Positions 1-8,836 of a stretch of DNA of 24,517 nt are shown in pieces (positions within the stretch are counted from its first letter, which is position 1; every line of letters begins with the position of its first letter). The position numbers and the translations under genes are program-made. Below the pieces are notes generated by a model, which was not told the DNA's origin, made no database searches, and saw only the letters and a list, made by a program, of their open reading frames with translations. The DNA comes from an uncultured Cytophagia bacterium (GTDB lineage: Bacteria > Zhuqueibacterota > Zhuqueibacteria > Oceanimicrobiales > Oceanimicrobiaceae), in assembly GCA_964419085.1 (NCBI GenBank), contig CAYQOI010000001.1:1-24517 (forward strand), in the 5' to 3' direction.

Positions 1-44
1 TCGATGGTATTTTTCACGGACTCTGCAAACTCGGGAACTTTCGC

Positions 45-73
45 TTGAATCTGTGTTTAAACAATTCTATATT
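45..73 (+). promoter_or_regulatory. Putative sigma70 promoter for the iscS operon
   Basis: TTGAAT (45-50), 17-bp spacer, TATATT (68-73), ending about 30 nt upstream of the iscS start. Confidence 0.6.
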
Positions 74-104
74 TTACACTTGAAGTTGAACTAAAGGATT
101 GATT

Positions 105-1274
105 GTGAATACAGCTTCTCTCACGCGGCGGATTTATTTCGATCACAGCGCGACGACCCCGGTTGCGCCTGAGGTCTTCGAGGCGATGCGTCCGTTTTTC
201 GGCGAGATCTTCGGAAACGCCTCCAGCATTCACGCTTTTGGGCAGGAAGCAAAGGTCGCGCTGGAAAACGCGCGCACACAGGTGGCTGCGCTCATCGGCG
301 CCGAACCGGGGGAGGTCGTGTTTACTTCAGGCGGCACCGAGTCCGACAACTGGGCGATCAAGGGGGCGGCCGCATTTTTTTCGGGGACAAAGAACCACAT
401 CATCACCTCCGCGGTGGAACACCATGCGGTGCTTTACACCTGCCGCCATCTGGAGAAACACGGGGTGCAAGTCACGTACCTGCCCGTCGACGAGTTCGGT
501 GCGGTGGCACCGGAGCGGGTGGAGGAAGCCATTCGTGACGAGACATTCCTGATCTCGGTGATGCACGCAAACAACGAGCTGGGCACGATCAATCCCATTC
601 GAGAGATCGGCGCCATCGCACGCGCCCGCGGCGTGTTGTTCCACACCGACGCGGTGCAGACGTGTGGCAAGATCCCGGTCAACGTGCGCGATCTGAACGT
701 GGACTTGTTGACGCTTTCGGGACACAAAATCTACGGCCCCAAAGGCATCGGCGCGCTCTACATTCGCAAAGGCGTGCGGCTCGAAAAACTCTTGCACGGC
801 GGTCGGCACGAACGGGACCGGCGCGCCGGCACCGAGAACGTCGCGGCCGCAGTGGGGCTGGGAAAGGCCGCGGAGATCTGCCGCGAGCGCATGGAAGAAG
901 ACATGGCTCGGCTACGGGATCTCGGGGGCGCGTTGCAGCGTAAGATCGAAGCCGCGATGGACGGGGTCGCGCTCAACGGGCACCCGCAGCGTCGCGTGCC
1001 GGGTCTGGTGAACCTGTCGTTTGAGGGAGCGGAAAGCGATGCGCTGGTGTTGAGCCTGGATCTGAAAGGCATCGCGGTGTCCAACGGTTCGGCGTGTTCG
1101 TCGGGCACGGTGGAACCGTCACACGTACTCAAGGCGCTGGGCCTGCCCAAAGCTCGGGTGAATTCCGCCATCCGCTTCAGTCTTGGAAGGAAAAACACGC
1201 TCGAGGAAGTCGAGTTTGCGGTAGAGGCCTTGCAGGAGATTCTGGTGCGGCTGCGAAGGCTGAAACGGAGATAA
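105..1274 (+). CDS. iscS: Cysteine desulfurase (class V PLP enzyme, IscS/NifS family)
   Basis: Motifs YFDHSATTP, FTSGGTESDN, HTDAVQ, LSGHKIYGPKG (PLP lysine) and NGSACSSG (catalytic Cys). The ORF track starts at TTG 99, but AAGGA (94-98) is better spaced to GTG 105. Confidence 0.95.
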   Translation: MNTASLTRRIYFDHSATTPVAPEVFEAMRPFFGEIFGNASSIHAFGQEAKVALENARTQVAALIGAEPGEVVFTSGGTESDNWAIKGAAAFFSGTKNHIITSAVEHHAVLYTCRHLEKHGVQVTYLPVDEFGAVAPERVEEAIRDETFLISVMHANNELGTINPIREIGAIARARGVLFHTDAVQTCGKIPVNVRDLNVDLLTLSGHKIYGPKGIGALYIRKGVRLEKLLHGGRHERDRRAGTENVAAAVGLGKAAEICRERMEEDMARLRDLGGALQRKIEAAMDGVALNGHPQRRVPGLVNLSFEGAESDALVLSLDLKGIAVSNGSACSSGTVEPSHVLKALGLPKARVNSAIRFSLGRKNTLEEVEFAVEALQEILVRLRRLKRR

Positions 1275-1288
1275 GCCGGACCGTCGAA

Positions 1289-2428
1289 ATGGTACAAAAC
1301 AACATGATGCAAGATAGAACAACAAGAGAAACCGTGGTGGTTGCCATGAGCGGCGGGGTGGACAGCTCCGTCGCGGCGGCGATTCTGCATGAGCGCGGCT
1401 ATCGGGTGATCGGCTTGACCATGAACTTGTGGGACTACGACCGGGTCGGCGGCAACATCAACCGCGAGAGCGGCTGCTGTTCCATCGATACCATGGATGA
1501 TGCTCGCGCGGTGTGTCACAGGTTGGGGGTTCCCCACTACGTGGTCAACTTCCGCGAGCAGTTCGAGGCCGCGGTGATGGAGAACTTCGTTGCCGAGTAC
1601 ATGGCCGGCCGCACGCCGAACCCATGTGTGCGTTGCAACACCTTCATCAAGTGGGGCGTGTTGCTGGACAAAGCGCGCGAGCTGGGTGCGGAGAAAATCG
1701 CCACGGGACACTACGCCCGGGTCTCGTTCGATGCGGAGCGCAACCGTCACCTGTTGCGTCGGGGAGTGGACTCGCACAAGGACCAGACCTACGCGCTCTG
1801 GGGCATCCGGCAGCAGGCCCTGGCGCGCACACTGTTTCCGGTGGGGGATTTCCGCAAGTCCGAGATTCGGGAAATCGCGCGCAACCTGGGCTTGAAGACC
1901 GCAGAAAAGCCGGAGAGTCAGGAGATCTGTTTTATCCCGGATAACGACTACAAGCGCTTTCTTGCCACCAGGCTTCCTGAGGTTGTGGCAAAGCTGCAGG
2001 AAGGCGAGATCGTGGATGAAAGCGGTACGGTGCTGGGACACCACAAGGGGTACCCGTTTTACACCATCGGTCAGCGCAAGGGCCTGGGTCTGGCTATGCC
2101 TGCGCCGGTTTACGTCACCGAGATCGACGCGGGCAGCAATCGCATCAAGGTCGGCACAAATCGTGAGTTGGCCCACCGCGGTTTGATCGCGGAGAAGCCC
2201 AACTGGATCGCGGTCGACACCCTGGAAGCCGAACTCGAGGTGGAGGCCAAGATTCGCTACAACGATCCGGGTGCCCCCGCGCGGGTCCAGATGTTGGAGG
2301 ACGGCAGGGTAGAGGTGCAGTTTCATGCGCCGCAGCGTGCGGTCACGCCGGGCCAATCGGTGGTGTTCTACGATGGCGATGTCGTAGTGGGCGGTGCGGT
2401 GATTCAATCTTACCTGAAGGCCGCGTAA
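1289..2428 (+). CDS. mnmA: tRNA 2-thiouridine(34) synthase MnmA
   Basis: PP-loop AMSGGVDSS, PNPCVRCN, ATGHYA, KDQTYAL, ESQEICF, TIGQRKGL and AVTPGQSVVFY. The ORF-track start at 1094 overlaps iscS; the real start is probably ATG 1289 (alternatives 1304/1307). Confidence 0.95.
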   Translation: MVQNNMMQDRTTRETVVVAMSGGVDSSVAAAILHERGYRVIGLTMNLWDYDRVGGNINRESGCCSIDTMDDARAVCHRLGVPHYVVNFREQFEAAVMENFVAEYMAGRTPNPCVRCNTFIKWGVLLDKARELGAEKIATGHYARVSFDAERNRHLLRRGVDSHKDQTYALWGIRQQALARTLFPVGDFRKSEIREIARNLGLKTAEKPESQEICFIPDNDYKRFLATRLPEVVAKLQEGEIVDESGTVLGHHKGYPFYTIGQRKGLGLAMPAPVYVTEIDAGSNRIKVGTNRELAHRGLIAEKPNWIAVDTLEAELEVEAKIRYNDPGAPARVQMLEDGRVEVQFHAPQRAVTPGQSVVFYDGDVVVGGAVIQSYLKAA

Positions 2429-2430
2429 GG

Positions 2431-3216
2431 GTGCCGAAACGGTTGCTGACAATCGCAGGTTCGGACTCCGGCGGCGGCGCGGGCATTCAGGCGGACCTCA
2501 AAACCTTTCACGCCTTCGGGTGCTACGGCATGTCGGTTTTGACCGCGGTGACGGCGCAAAATACGCTGGGCGTTCAGGGGGTGCATCCGGTTCCCGCAGC
2601 AATTGTGGTGCAACAACTGGAGTCGGTGGTCGACGACATCGGGGTTGACGCGGCCAAGACCGGCATGTTGGCCAACGCCGAGATCATCGGAGCACTCTCT
2701 TCCGCACTCCGGCGTTTGAGCGTGCCGCACCTTGTGGTTGATCCCGTGATGCGGGCAAAGGGCGGGGATCCGCTGTTGCAAGATGACGCACAGCAAGCGT
2801 TTATCGACCAAATTGTGCCGCTGGCCGACCTGCTCACGCCGAATTTGCCGGAGGCGGAGGTGCTGTCCGGCGGGCCGGTGAGGACTCCCGCGGAAATGCG
2901 GGAAGCGGCCAGGCGCATCCACGACCTGGGTGCGAAGAACGTGCTGGTCAAAGGGGGGCACCTGCGCAAGGCCGCGGTGGATATTCTGTTCGACGGGAGT
3001 GACTTTACCGAGTTTCGTGCGCAACGGGTCCCGTCGCGGAACACGCACGGCACGGGTTGTACCTTTTCCGCGGCTATCGCCGCCAATTTGGCCCTGGGGA
3101 AGACCCTCCACGAAGCCATCGCGACCTCCAAGAAATTCGTCACCGCAGCCATCCGCGAGAGTTTTGCTCTTGGCCGCGGCATCGGACCGCTGAACCACTT
3201 TGTCGACATTGCGTAA
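2431..3216 (+). CDS. thiD: Hydroxymethylpyrimidine/phosphomethylpyrimidine kinase (ribokinase family)
   Basis: LTIAGSDSGGGAGIQADLKTF, VVDPVM, LTPNLPEAE, VKGGH and HGTGCTFSAAIAA. GTG start 2 nt after the mnmA stop. Confidence 0.92.
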   Translation: MPKRLLTIAGSDSGGGAGIQADLKTFHAFGCYGMSVLTAVTAQNTLGVQGVHPVPAAIVVQQLESVVDDIGVDAAKTGMLANAEIIGALSSALRRLSVPHLVVDPVMRAKGGDPLLQDDAQQAFIDQIVPLADLLTPNLPEAEVLSGGPVRTPAEMREAARRIHDLGAKNVLVKGGHLRKAAVDILFDGSDFTEFRAQRVPSRNTHGTGCTFSAAIAANLALGKTLHEAIATSKKFVTAAIRESFALGRGIGPLNHFVDIA

Positions 3217-3295
3217 CCACACCCAACTGAATCCGGCCCGCCTCCTCGATCCCGAAGGCGTTTTCCGCGTCCGGCCCAAAACGGTGGGGACGTGA

Positions 3296-3847
3296 ATGCC
3301 GACGCGCGCCCGACTCAGGGAAACCGCGGCCGTGGGAATTCTATCCTCGCTGGCGTTTGCCGGCGGCTATCTGTTTATTGCGGTCCCCAACGTAGAGATT
3401 TTCACCGCGATCGTCTTTTTGTCCGGCCTGCTTCTCGGCCCGCGCGGTGGCATGCTGGTGGGGCTCATCGCGCAGACGCTCTACGCAACCCTGAACCCCT
3501 ACGGCGTGTCGCCGCCGCCGTTGCTGGTGGCACAGATTCTCAACCGCGTGCTGGTCGGATATGTGGGCGGCCGCTTTCGCACTCTGGGGCTGACGGAAGG
3601 GAACCCCTGGCGTCTCGGAATGTACTTCGGGACAGCAGGCTTGCTGCTCACCGTGCTCTTCGATTTGATGACCGACGTCAGCTTTTTCTTTGTTTCCGGT
3701 TTCTCGCTCCAGCAGATGAAAACCACTTTCACCTTTGGGCTCCCGTTCTATCTGGTGCACTCGCTGGTCAACACGGGTGTTTTTGGGCTGGTGCTTCCTT
3801 TTGTGGTCCGGGCGTTACGGCGAACCGCTCTGTTGCGCGTGAGTTGA
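3296..3847 (+). CDS. ECF transporter substrate-binding S component, substrate uncertain
   Basis: 183 aa with about six hydrophobic helices. The N-terminus FIAVPNVEIFTAIVFLSGLLLGP...GMLVG is typical of S components, and PNV(E/Q) resembles CbrT-like members. Confidence 0.75.
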   Translation: MPTRARLRETAAVGILSSLAFAGGYLFIAVPNVEIFTAIVFLSGLLLGPRGGMLVGLIAQTLYATLNPYGVSPPPLLVAQILNRVLVGYVGGRFRTLGLTEGNPWRLGMYFGTAGLLLTVLFDLMTDVSFFFVSGFSLQQMKTTFTFGLPFYLVHSLVNTGVFGLVLPFVVRALRRTALLRVS

Positions 3848-3851
3848 TGCG

Positions 3852-5720
3852 ATGAGAAACGCCTTTCTGGTTCTTTGGGTTTTGCTCCATATCGGCGCCG
3901 TGCCATGTCTCGCGCAGGTGGCGGAGCGCGATTCTGCGGCGGTGGATTCGGCCGCCGCAACTGCCGGCCCGTCCGGCGGAAAGCAGCACCCCTCACTTCC
4001 CGTGCGGACTTTTTCTCCCACCGGAAGAGAACGGCTGCTGGCGCAAGACGTACTCGAGCTTGCGGACAACTTGCCGGATCTTACCTATCTCAACCTCGCC
4101 AGCCTAGGCCAGTTCTCTCCCCTGAGCTTCCGCGGGGGGCGTCCTGCCGAAGGGATGATTTTGTTGAACGACCTGCTTTTGGAAGATCCGATTTTCGGAT
4201 TTGCAAACAGCATGGCCATTCCCATCAATTCGGTGGAAGAGCTTTCCTATCTGGGTGCCGGGGAGCTCACACCTTTTGGCTACAAGACGGTGGGCGGCGT
4301 TCTCAGAGTGGGCTCGTACCGCTTTGAAGGAGAGCGTCCGTACTCGCGAGTGATGTTTCGCACCGGAGACTGGGGCTACAGCGACATCGGCCTTATTCTT
4401 GGGTTGCCGGTAAGCTCCTCTACCGGTCTTCTGGTCACTGGAAACCGGCAAGAGTGGGATGGGTTCGATATCAACCAGGACCATCAAGGTGCCCGGGTGC
4501 TGGTGGAGCTGACTCGCAAGTTTGGAACCGGTGCGCTTCTGCGCTACACGACGTTCCTCACCGACGACGAGGTGGAGGTGCCGGCGCCGCTTTTTCCCGA
4601 CCTGGTTCCGGGGACCTCCGGCCAGAAGCGGGACGAAAACCGCCAGCAACAGCAGCTCCGGTTCGACGCCGGGTCGTTGGGTAACGGCAGTCGCTTCAGC
4701 GCTAGACTGTTCTTTGCGCGACTCGAACGCAAGACGCTGGCCGACACCATCCGCTTCGACAACATCAGCCGGACCGTTGGGGGCTCACTGGCCTACGGTT
4801 TTAAACTGGGCGACAACGTGGTGCGCTTCGGCGGAGAGGTCAAGACCATCGATCTCGATAGCCGGAGCATGGGCGACCGATCAGACCAGTTCGGGTTCGT
4901 GTATCTGACCGAAGAGAGCCGCCTTGGTGGACACTTGCAGAGCGCATTTCAGTACCGCCTGGAAAAGCACGACGATTTCTCCGGCGCGTTTACCCGGTCG
5001 CTGCGGTTCGACTACCGCGCCTCCGGTGGGGGCGTGTGGCTCGGCCTGGAGCAGAATCGCCGCTACCCCACCTTTGCCGAGCGTTTTTGGCCGACGCCTG
5101 CCTTTCACGGCAATCTCGGGTTGAAGCCGGAGAAGGGAACGGAGGTCGAAGCCGGGCTGCACGATTCCCCCACCGGGAATCTGAGGTTCCGGGCGTCTGT
5201 TTTCCTTCGTCACGTGGAGAATTGGATCGCGAGTGCCCCGCTGCCCGACACGCTTCTTTTCGGGCCTCTGAATTTGGGCGACCAAACCACGCTGGGCGCG
5301 TCTTTGCGCTTGAAGTGGGACTTTGCCGCACATGCCCGCTTTGGGTTGACCGCCTCCTACCTGAACGTCACACAGGATGACCCGGTGAAACAACTTCAGG
5401 TGCCGGAGTACAGCGTGTTTTCTTTCCTGGAAGCGGGCCGCAGCTTTTTCGAGGAGTATGTTTTCGCACGGCTGCGCGTGGAGGCGCGTGTCTACGGCAA
5501 ACGCAAGGGGTGGGCTTATGCGGCCGGAAGCGAAATCCCCGCGTTGGTGGAGCGCGGCCCCGATGCCATCTTGAGTGCGAAGCTGAGCTTTCAATTCACC
5601 GACGCGCAGTTTTTTGTTTCCATGGAAAACGTTTTTGACCGGCAGTACGAGTTGGTGCCGCATTTCAAGATGCCACCGCAAACGTTGCGGTTCGGCATCG
5701 ACTGGGAGTTCTTCGATTGA
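3852..5720 (+). CDS. TonB-dependent outer-membrane receptor (BtuB-like size)
   Basis: N-terminal signal peptide, plug-like region (LSFRGG...ILLNDLLLEDP...SIPINSVEELSYL), LKPEKG, ENVFDRQY, and a C-terminal outer-membrane beta-signal (FGIDWEFFD). Confidence 0.8.
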   Translation: MRNAFLVLWVLLHIGAVPCLAQVAERDSAAVDSAAATAGPSGGKQHPSLPVRTFSPTGRERLLAQDVLELADNLPDLTYLNLASLGQFSPLSFRGGRPAEGMILLNDLLLEDPIFGFANSMAIPINSVEELSYLGAGELTPFGYKTVGGVLRVGSYRFEGERPYSRVMFRTGDWGYSDIGLILGLPVSSSTGLLVTGNRQEWDGFDINQDHQGARVLVELTRKFGTGALLRYTTFLTDDEVEVPAPLFPDLVPGTSGQKRDENRQQQQLRFDAGSLGNGSRFSARLFFARLERKTLADTIRFDNISRTVGGSLAYGFKLGDNVVRFGGEVKTIDLDSRSMGDRSDQFGFVYLTEESRLGGHLQSAFQYRLEKHDDFSGAFTRSLRFDYRASGGGVWLGLEQNRRYPTFAERFWPTPAFHGNLGLKPEKGTEVEAGLHDSPTGNLRFRASVFLRHVENWIASAPLPDTLLFGPLNLGDQTTLGASLRLKWDFAAHARFGLTASYLNVTQDDPVKQLQVPEYSVFSFLEAGRSFFEEYVFARLRVEARVYGKRKGWAYAAGSEIPALVERGPDAILSAKLSFQFTDAQFFVSMENVFDRQYELVPHFKMPPQTLRFGIDWEFFD

Positions 5721-6062
5721 TTCCTTTTCCCGACGTTTTTGTGCCGCGGTGTCGTTTGTGGTTGTGTTTGGCGCGCGCGGGTGCTACCTTGTTCTGGGAG
5801 ACAAATTTCGGTCGGAAATGTTCTCATTTACTTTCCGGGTGAACGATTTTCGTCCCCCTGGGGGCATGCCGCACGCGTGAACAGTTTTGAAGCAGATGTG
5901 AGTGTAAATTCTTCCGAACGCCGGGGCAGACGGGGGCGCGGATGTTGGAGGTGGGTAAATGAGAAGGGATGCTTTTGTTCTAATGTGGCTGATTTTAAAA
6001 TGACCCTCGATTTTGGTGCTTAAATTGTTAAAATACTTTAACTGACAATTCGGAATTATTTC

Positions 6063-6091
6063 TTGACAAACAGCCGTTTTCATCGTATTTT
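6063..6091 (+). promoter_or_regulatory. Putative sigma70 promoter for the signalling operon
   Basis: TTGACA (6063-6068), 17-bp spacer, TATTTT (6086-6091), with an AT-rich tract upstream (about 6020-6060). Confidence 0.55.
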
Positions 6092-6380
6092 TTAGGCCGA
6101 ATTGAACGATTTTTGACCACTTTTCGTTGGGAGAAACCCTTCGAAACCTGTTTCCTTGGATACACACCCTACGCTGACCAGAACGGAGGAACACGCTCGA
6201 GTTCAGCAGCCATGTACAGCACTTCAGTGATTTGGGTTGAATTCAGGAGTTCTCCTCCCGTTTTCTTCACTCCGCCTTCCGACTCTGATTCCGCAACCGG
6301 TTTTCCTGAGCGTGATCTGGTTCCGGTGAACGGTGATGGTCTTGGATAGCGCGGTCGCATAAGGCAGCGAACATTACACC

Positions 6381-7328
6381 ATGTATACGAATTCCAAATC
6401 CAGGACCATTTTGGTGGTCGATGATGTTCCGGTCAACATTCAGTTGCTGAATACTTATTTGTCTGCGGAAGGGTATGTGGTGGTCACAGCGCAGGATGGG
6501 GTAGAGGCTCTGGAGAAGGTGAAGACGCTCGATCCCGATTTGGTGCTTCTGGATGTCATGATGCCGAAAATGAACGGATTCGAGGTGTGCAAAGCGATCA
6601 AGTCCGATGTCGACACCAAGTTTATTCCGGTGATCATGGTGACTGCGCTCAACGAACTGCAGGATAAGCTCAAGGGAATGGATTCGGGGGCGGATGACTT
6701 CCTGAGCAAGCCGTTCAACAAGTTGGAGCTTCTGGCGCGCGTGCGTTCGCTGCTGCGGATCAAGTATTTGCACGACGAGCTGCAGTTGAAGGTGATCGAG
6801 TTGCAGAAGGCCAAAGAGGAATTGCGACAATTGGCCATCACAGATGGGTTGACCGGGTTGTACAATTACCGCTATTTTAAGGAACATCTGCAGCAAGAGA
6901 TGAACCGCGCCCGTCGCCATGGTTCGCATGTTTCATTGATCATGATCGATATCGATCATTTCAAGCACTACAACGACACGCACGGTCACCCGGCGGGCGA
7001 TTTGGTGTTGAAGAACATCGCCACGCTGCTGAAGTCCAATATTCGCAGCATCGACCTGGCCGCGCGTTACGGCGGCGAAGAGTTTTCTCTGGTGCTCATC
7101 GAGACCAACAAGGCGGCGGCCAAGATTGTGGCGGAGAAGATTCGCCGTTTGGTCGAAGATCACGTATTCGAGTTTGAGGAAACGCAACCGGACGGCAAGC
7201 TCACCATCAGCACCGGCGTGGCCACTTTTCCCGAGGATGCCACCGATTTCGATGAGCTGGTCCAGGTGGCCGACCGACGGCTGTACATGGCGAAACAGGC
7301 GGGGCGCAATACCATTTTTGCGGAGTGA
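6381..7328 (+). CDS. Response regulator diguanylate cyclase (REC-GGDEF)
   Basis: REC with VVDD, LLDVMMP, MVTA and FLSKPF. GGDEF domain with DGLTGLYN, DIDHFKHYNDTHGHPAGD and RYGGEEF, plus an RxxD I-site (RSID) five residues upstream. Confidence 0.93.
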   Translation: MYTNSKSRTILVVDDVPVNIQLLNTYLSAEGYVVVTAQDGVEALEKVKTLDPDLVLLDVMMPKMNGFEVCKAIKSDVDTKFIPVIMVTALNELQDKLKGMDSGADDFLSKPFNKLELLARVRSLLRIKYLHDELQLKVIELQKAKEELRQLAITDGLTGLYNYRYFKEHLQQEMNRARRHGSHVSLIMIDIDHFKHYNDTHGHPAGDLVLKNIATLLKSNIRSIDLAARYGGEEFSLVLIETNKAAAKIVAEKIRRLVEDHVFEFEETQPDGKLTISTGVATFPEDATDFDELVQVADRRLYMAKQAGRNTIFAE

Positions 7329-7337
7329 GGGGAAAGC

Positions 7338-8819
7338 ATGAAATCCTGGTTTAGAAACTCGCTGTTTCAAAAGCTGTTCATCCTGACCTTTTTGGTGGCG
7401 GTGGTGCCCGTGGGACTCTCGTGGGTTTACTTTCTCTATATTGAAAATGGGACGTTCCGGGGCCGCGCAGCCACGCTGCCGGTGGTGTACTACGCGCTCT
7501 TTGGTCTGACTATCATTCTGGCAGCGGTGGGTGCCTACACCTTCAGCCGGCACATCAGCCGCCCCATCCGACATTTTATCAAGACCGCGACCGAGATCGC
7601 GCGCGGTAATTTTTCGCAACGCGTGGCGGTGGAATCCAACGACGAGATCGGCCGGCTGGCCAGAATCTTCAACTACATGGTGACCGAGTTGCGCCGGCTG
7701 GACGAAATGAACCTCAACAAGATCATCAACGAGAAAAACAAGACCGAAACCATTCTCAAGAATATCGCCGACGGCGTGATCGTCACCGACCCGTACGACA
7801 AGGTGCTGTTGATCAACTATGCCGCTGAACAGTGGTTCGGCCTGAAAGGCCGTCAGGTTGTCGATCGTTCCCTCACGGAAGTCGTGAAGAGCAGCACTCT
7901 CATCGAATTCATTCACAGTATTGCCACAAACAACAGACCCAGCGAAAAGTTCGAGAACATCGAGATCGCGCTGGATGTTCCGGAGTCCCGAAAGCCGGTT
8001 TTGCAGGCGCGGGCCGCAAAGATCATCAACGATAAGGGCGAGTTGATCGGCATCGTCACTGTACTGCGGGACATCACCAAAGAGAAAGAAATCGATCGGA
8101 TGAAGACCGAGTTGGTGTCGATGGTTGCACACGAATTGCGCTCGCCTCTCACCTGCATTTCCGGATTCAGCGAGCTGCTGCTGGATCCCACCATTACGCA
8201 AGAGCAGTCGGAGGAGTACGCCACCATCATTTTGAAAGAATCTAATCGGTTGAGCGAGCTCATCAACAAGTTTCTGGATATTTCGAAAATCGAGGCCGGA
8301 AAGAGCCAGTTGCGCAAGTCTCCGGTGGACATGAAAATGCTCATCGAGAAGGTGCTGGATTTCAATGCGCAGTTGGCAGACAAGAAATCCATTCGCGTCA
8401 ACTTTGAGGCGCCTAAGGAAGTGACCATCCTCAATCTGGATCGCGATATGATGGAGCAAGCGGTGCTCAATCTGTTCTCCAATGCCGTCAAATACAGCCC
8501 GAAAGGGGCCAGGATCACCGTGCGGCTGAGAGAGGATGACAGCTCCCTGATCTTCGATGTGGAAGATACCGGGTACGGCATCTCGGAGAAATCCCTCCCG
8601 CATATTTTCGATAAGTTCTACCGGATCACCGACAACGAGCAGGTGCGCGACATCATGGGATCCGGTCTGGGGTTGTCGTTGGTGCGCGAAATCGTGGAAA
8701 TCCACGGCGGAAGCATCAAGGTGAAAAGCATGCTGGGAAAAGGCTCGACCTTCACCGTGATTTTGCCCAAGTGCGAGTCTGTGCAGGAAGAAGCCAGTAA
8801 CGAAGAGATCTTGAGTTAA
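7338..8819 (+). CDS. Membrane sensor histidine kinase (2 TM-HAMP-PAS-HisKA-HATPase)
   Basis: Two TM helices, HAMP (DEIGRLARIFNYM), PAS (NIADGVIVTD), H-box AHELRSPL, N-box NLFSNAVKYS, DTGYGI and GSGLGL. Confidence 0.92.
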   Translation: MKSWFRNSLFQKLFILTFLVAVVPVGLSWVYFLYIENGTFRGRAATLPVVYYALFGLTIILAAVGAYTFSRHISRPIRHFIKTATEIARGNFSQRVAVESNDEIGRLARIFNYMVTELRRLDEMNLNKIINEKNKTETILKNIADGVIVTDPYDKVLLINYAAEQWFGLKGRQVVDRSLTEVVKSSTLIEFIHSIATNNRPSEKFENIEIALDVPESRKPVLQARAAKIINDKGELIGIVTVLRDITKEKEIDRMKTELVSMVAHELRSPLTCISGFSELLLDPTITQEQSEEYATIILKESNRLSELINKFLDISKIEAGKSQLRKSPVDMKMLIEKVLDFNAQLADKKSIRVNFEAPKEVTILNLDRDMMEQAVLNLFSNAVKYSPKGARITVRLREDDSSLIFDVEDTGYGISEKSLPHIFDKFYRITDNEQVRDIMGSGLGLSLVREIVEIHGGSIKVKSMLGKGSTFTVILPKCESVQEEASNEEILS

Positions 8820-8836
8820 ACGGTTGGGCATCCCGA

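Noticed and set aside
3217-3295. Possible TPP or cobalamin riboswitch before the ECF S component
   Set aside because: The region is only 79 nt and lacks the CUGAGA and ACCUGAU TPP elements and any B12-box. A short direct repeat TCCGGCCC (3232, 3270) is too small to support a claim.
6125-6165. GGGAGAAACCCTTCGAAA resembles the start of a c-di-GMP-I riboswitch
   Set aside because: The complementary P2 strand and the GGGACGCAAAG-like segment are missing.
5721-6349. Intergenic ORFs 5739-6023 (+), 5784-6194 (-) and 6113-6349 (+)
   Set aside because: They have no motifs or well-spaced RBS, and they overlap the predicted promoter and leader. Treated as non-coding.
6342-6360. TGGATAGCGCGGTCGCA upstream of the REC-GGDEF gene as a sigma54 promoter
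   Set aside because: The GG-to-GC spacing is 11 rather than 10, and the match to the consensus is poor.
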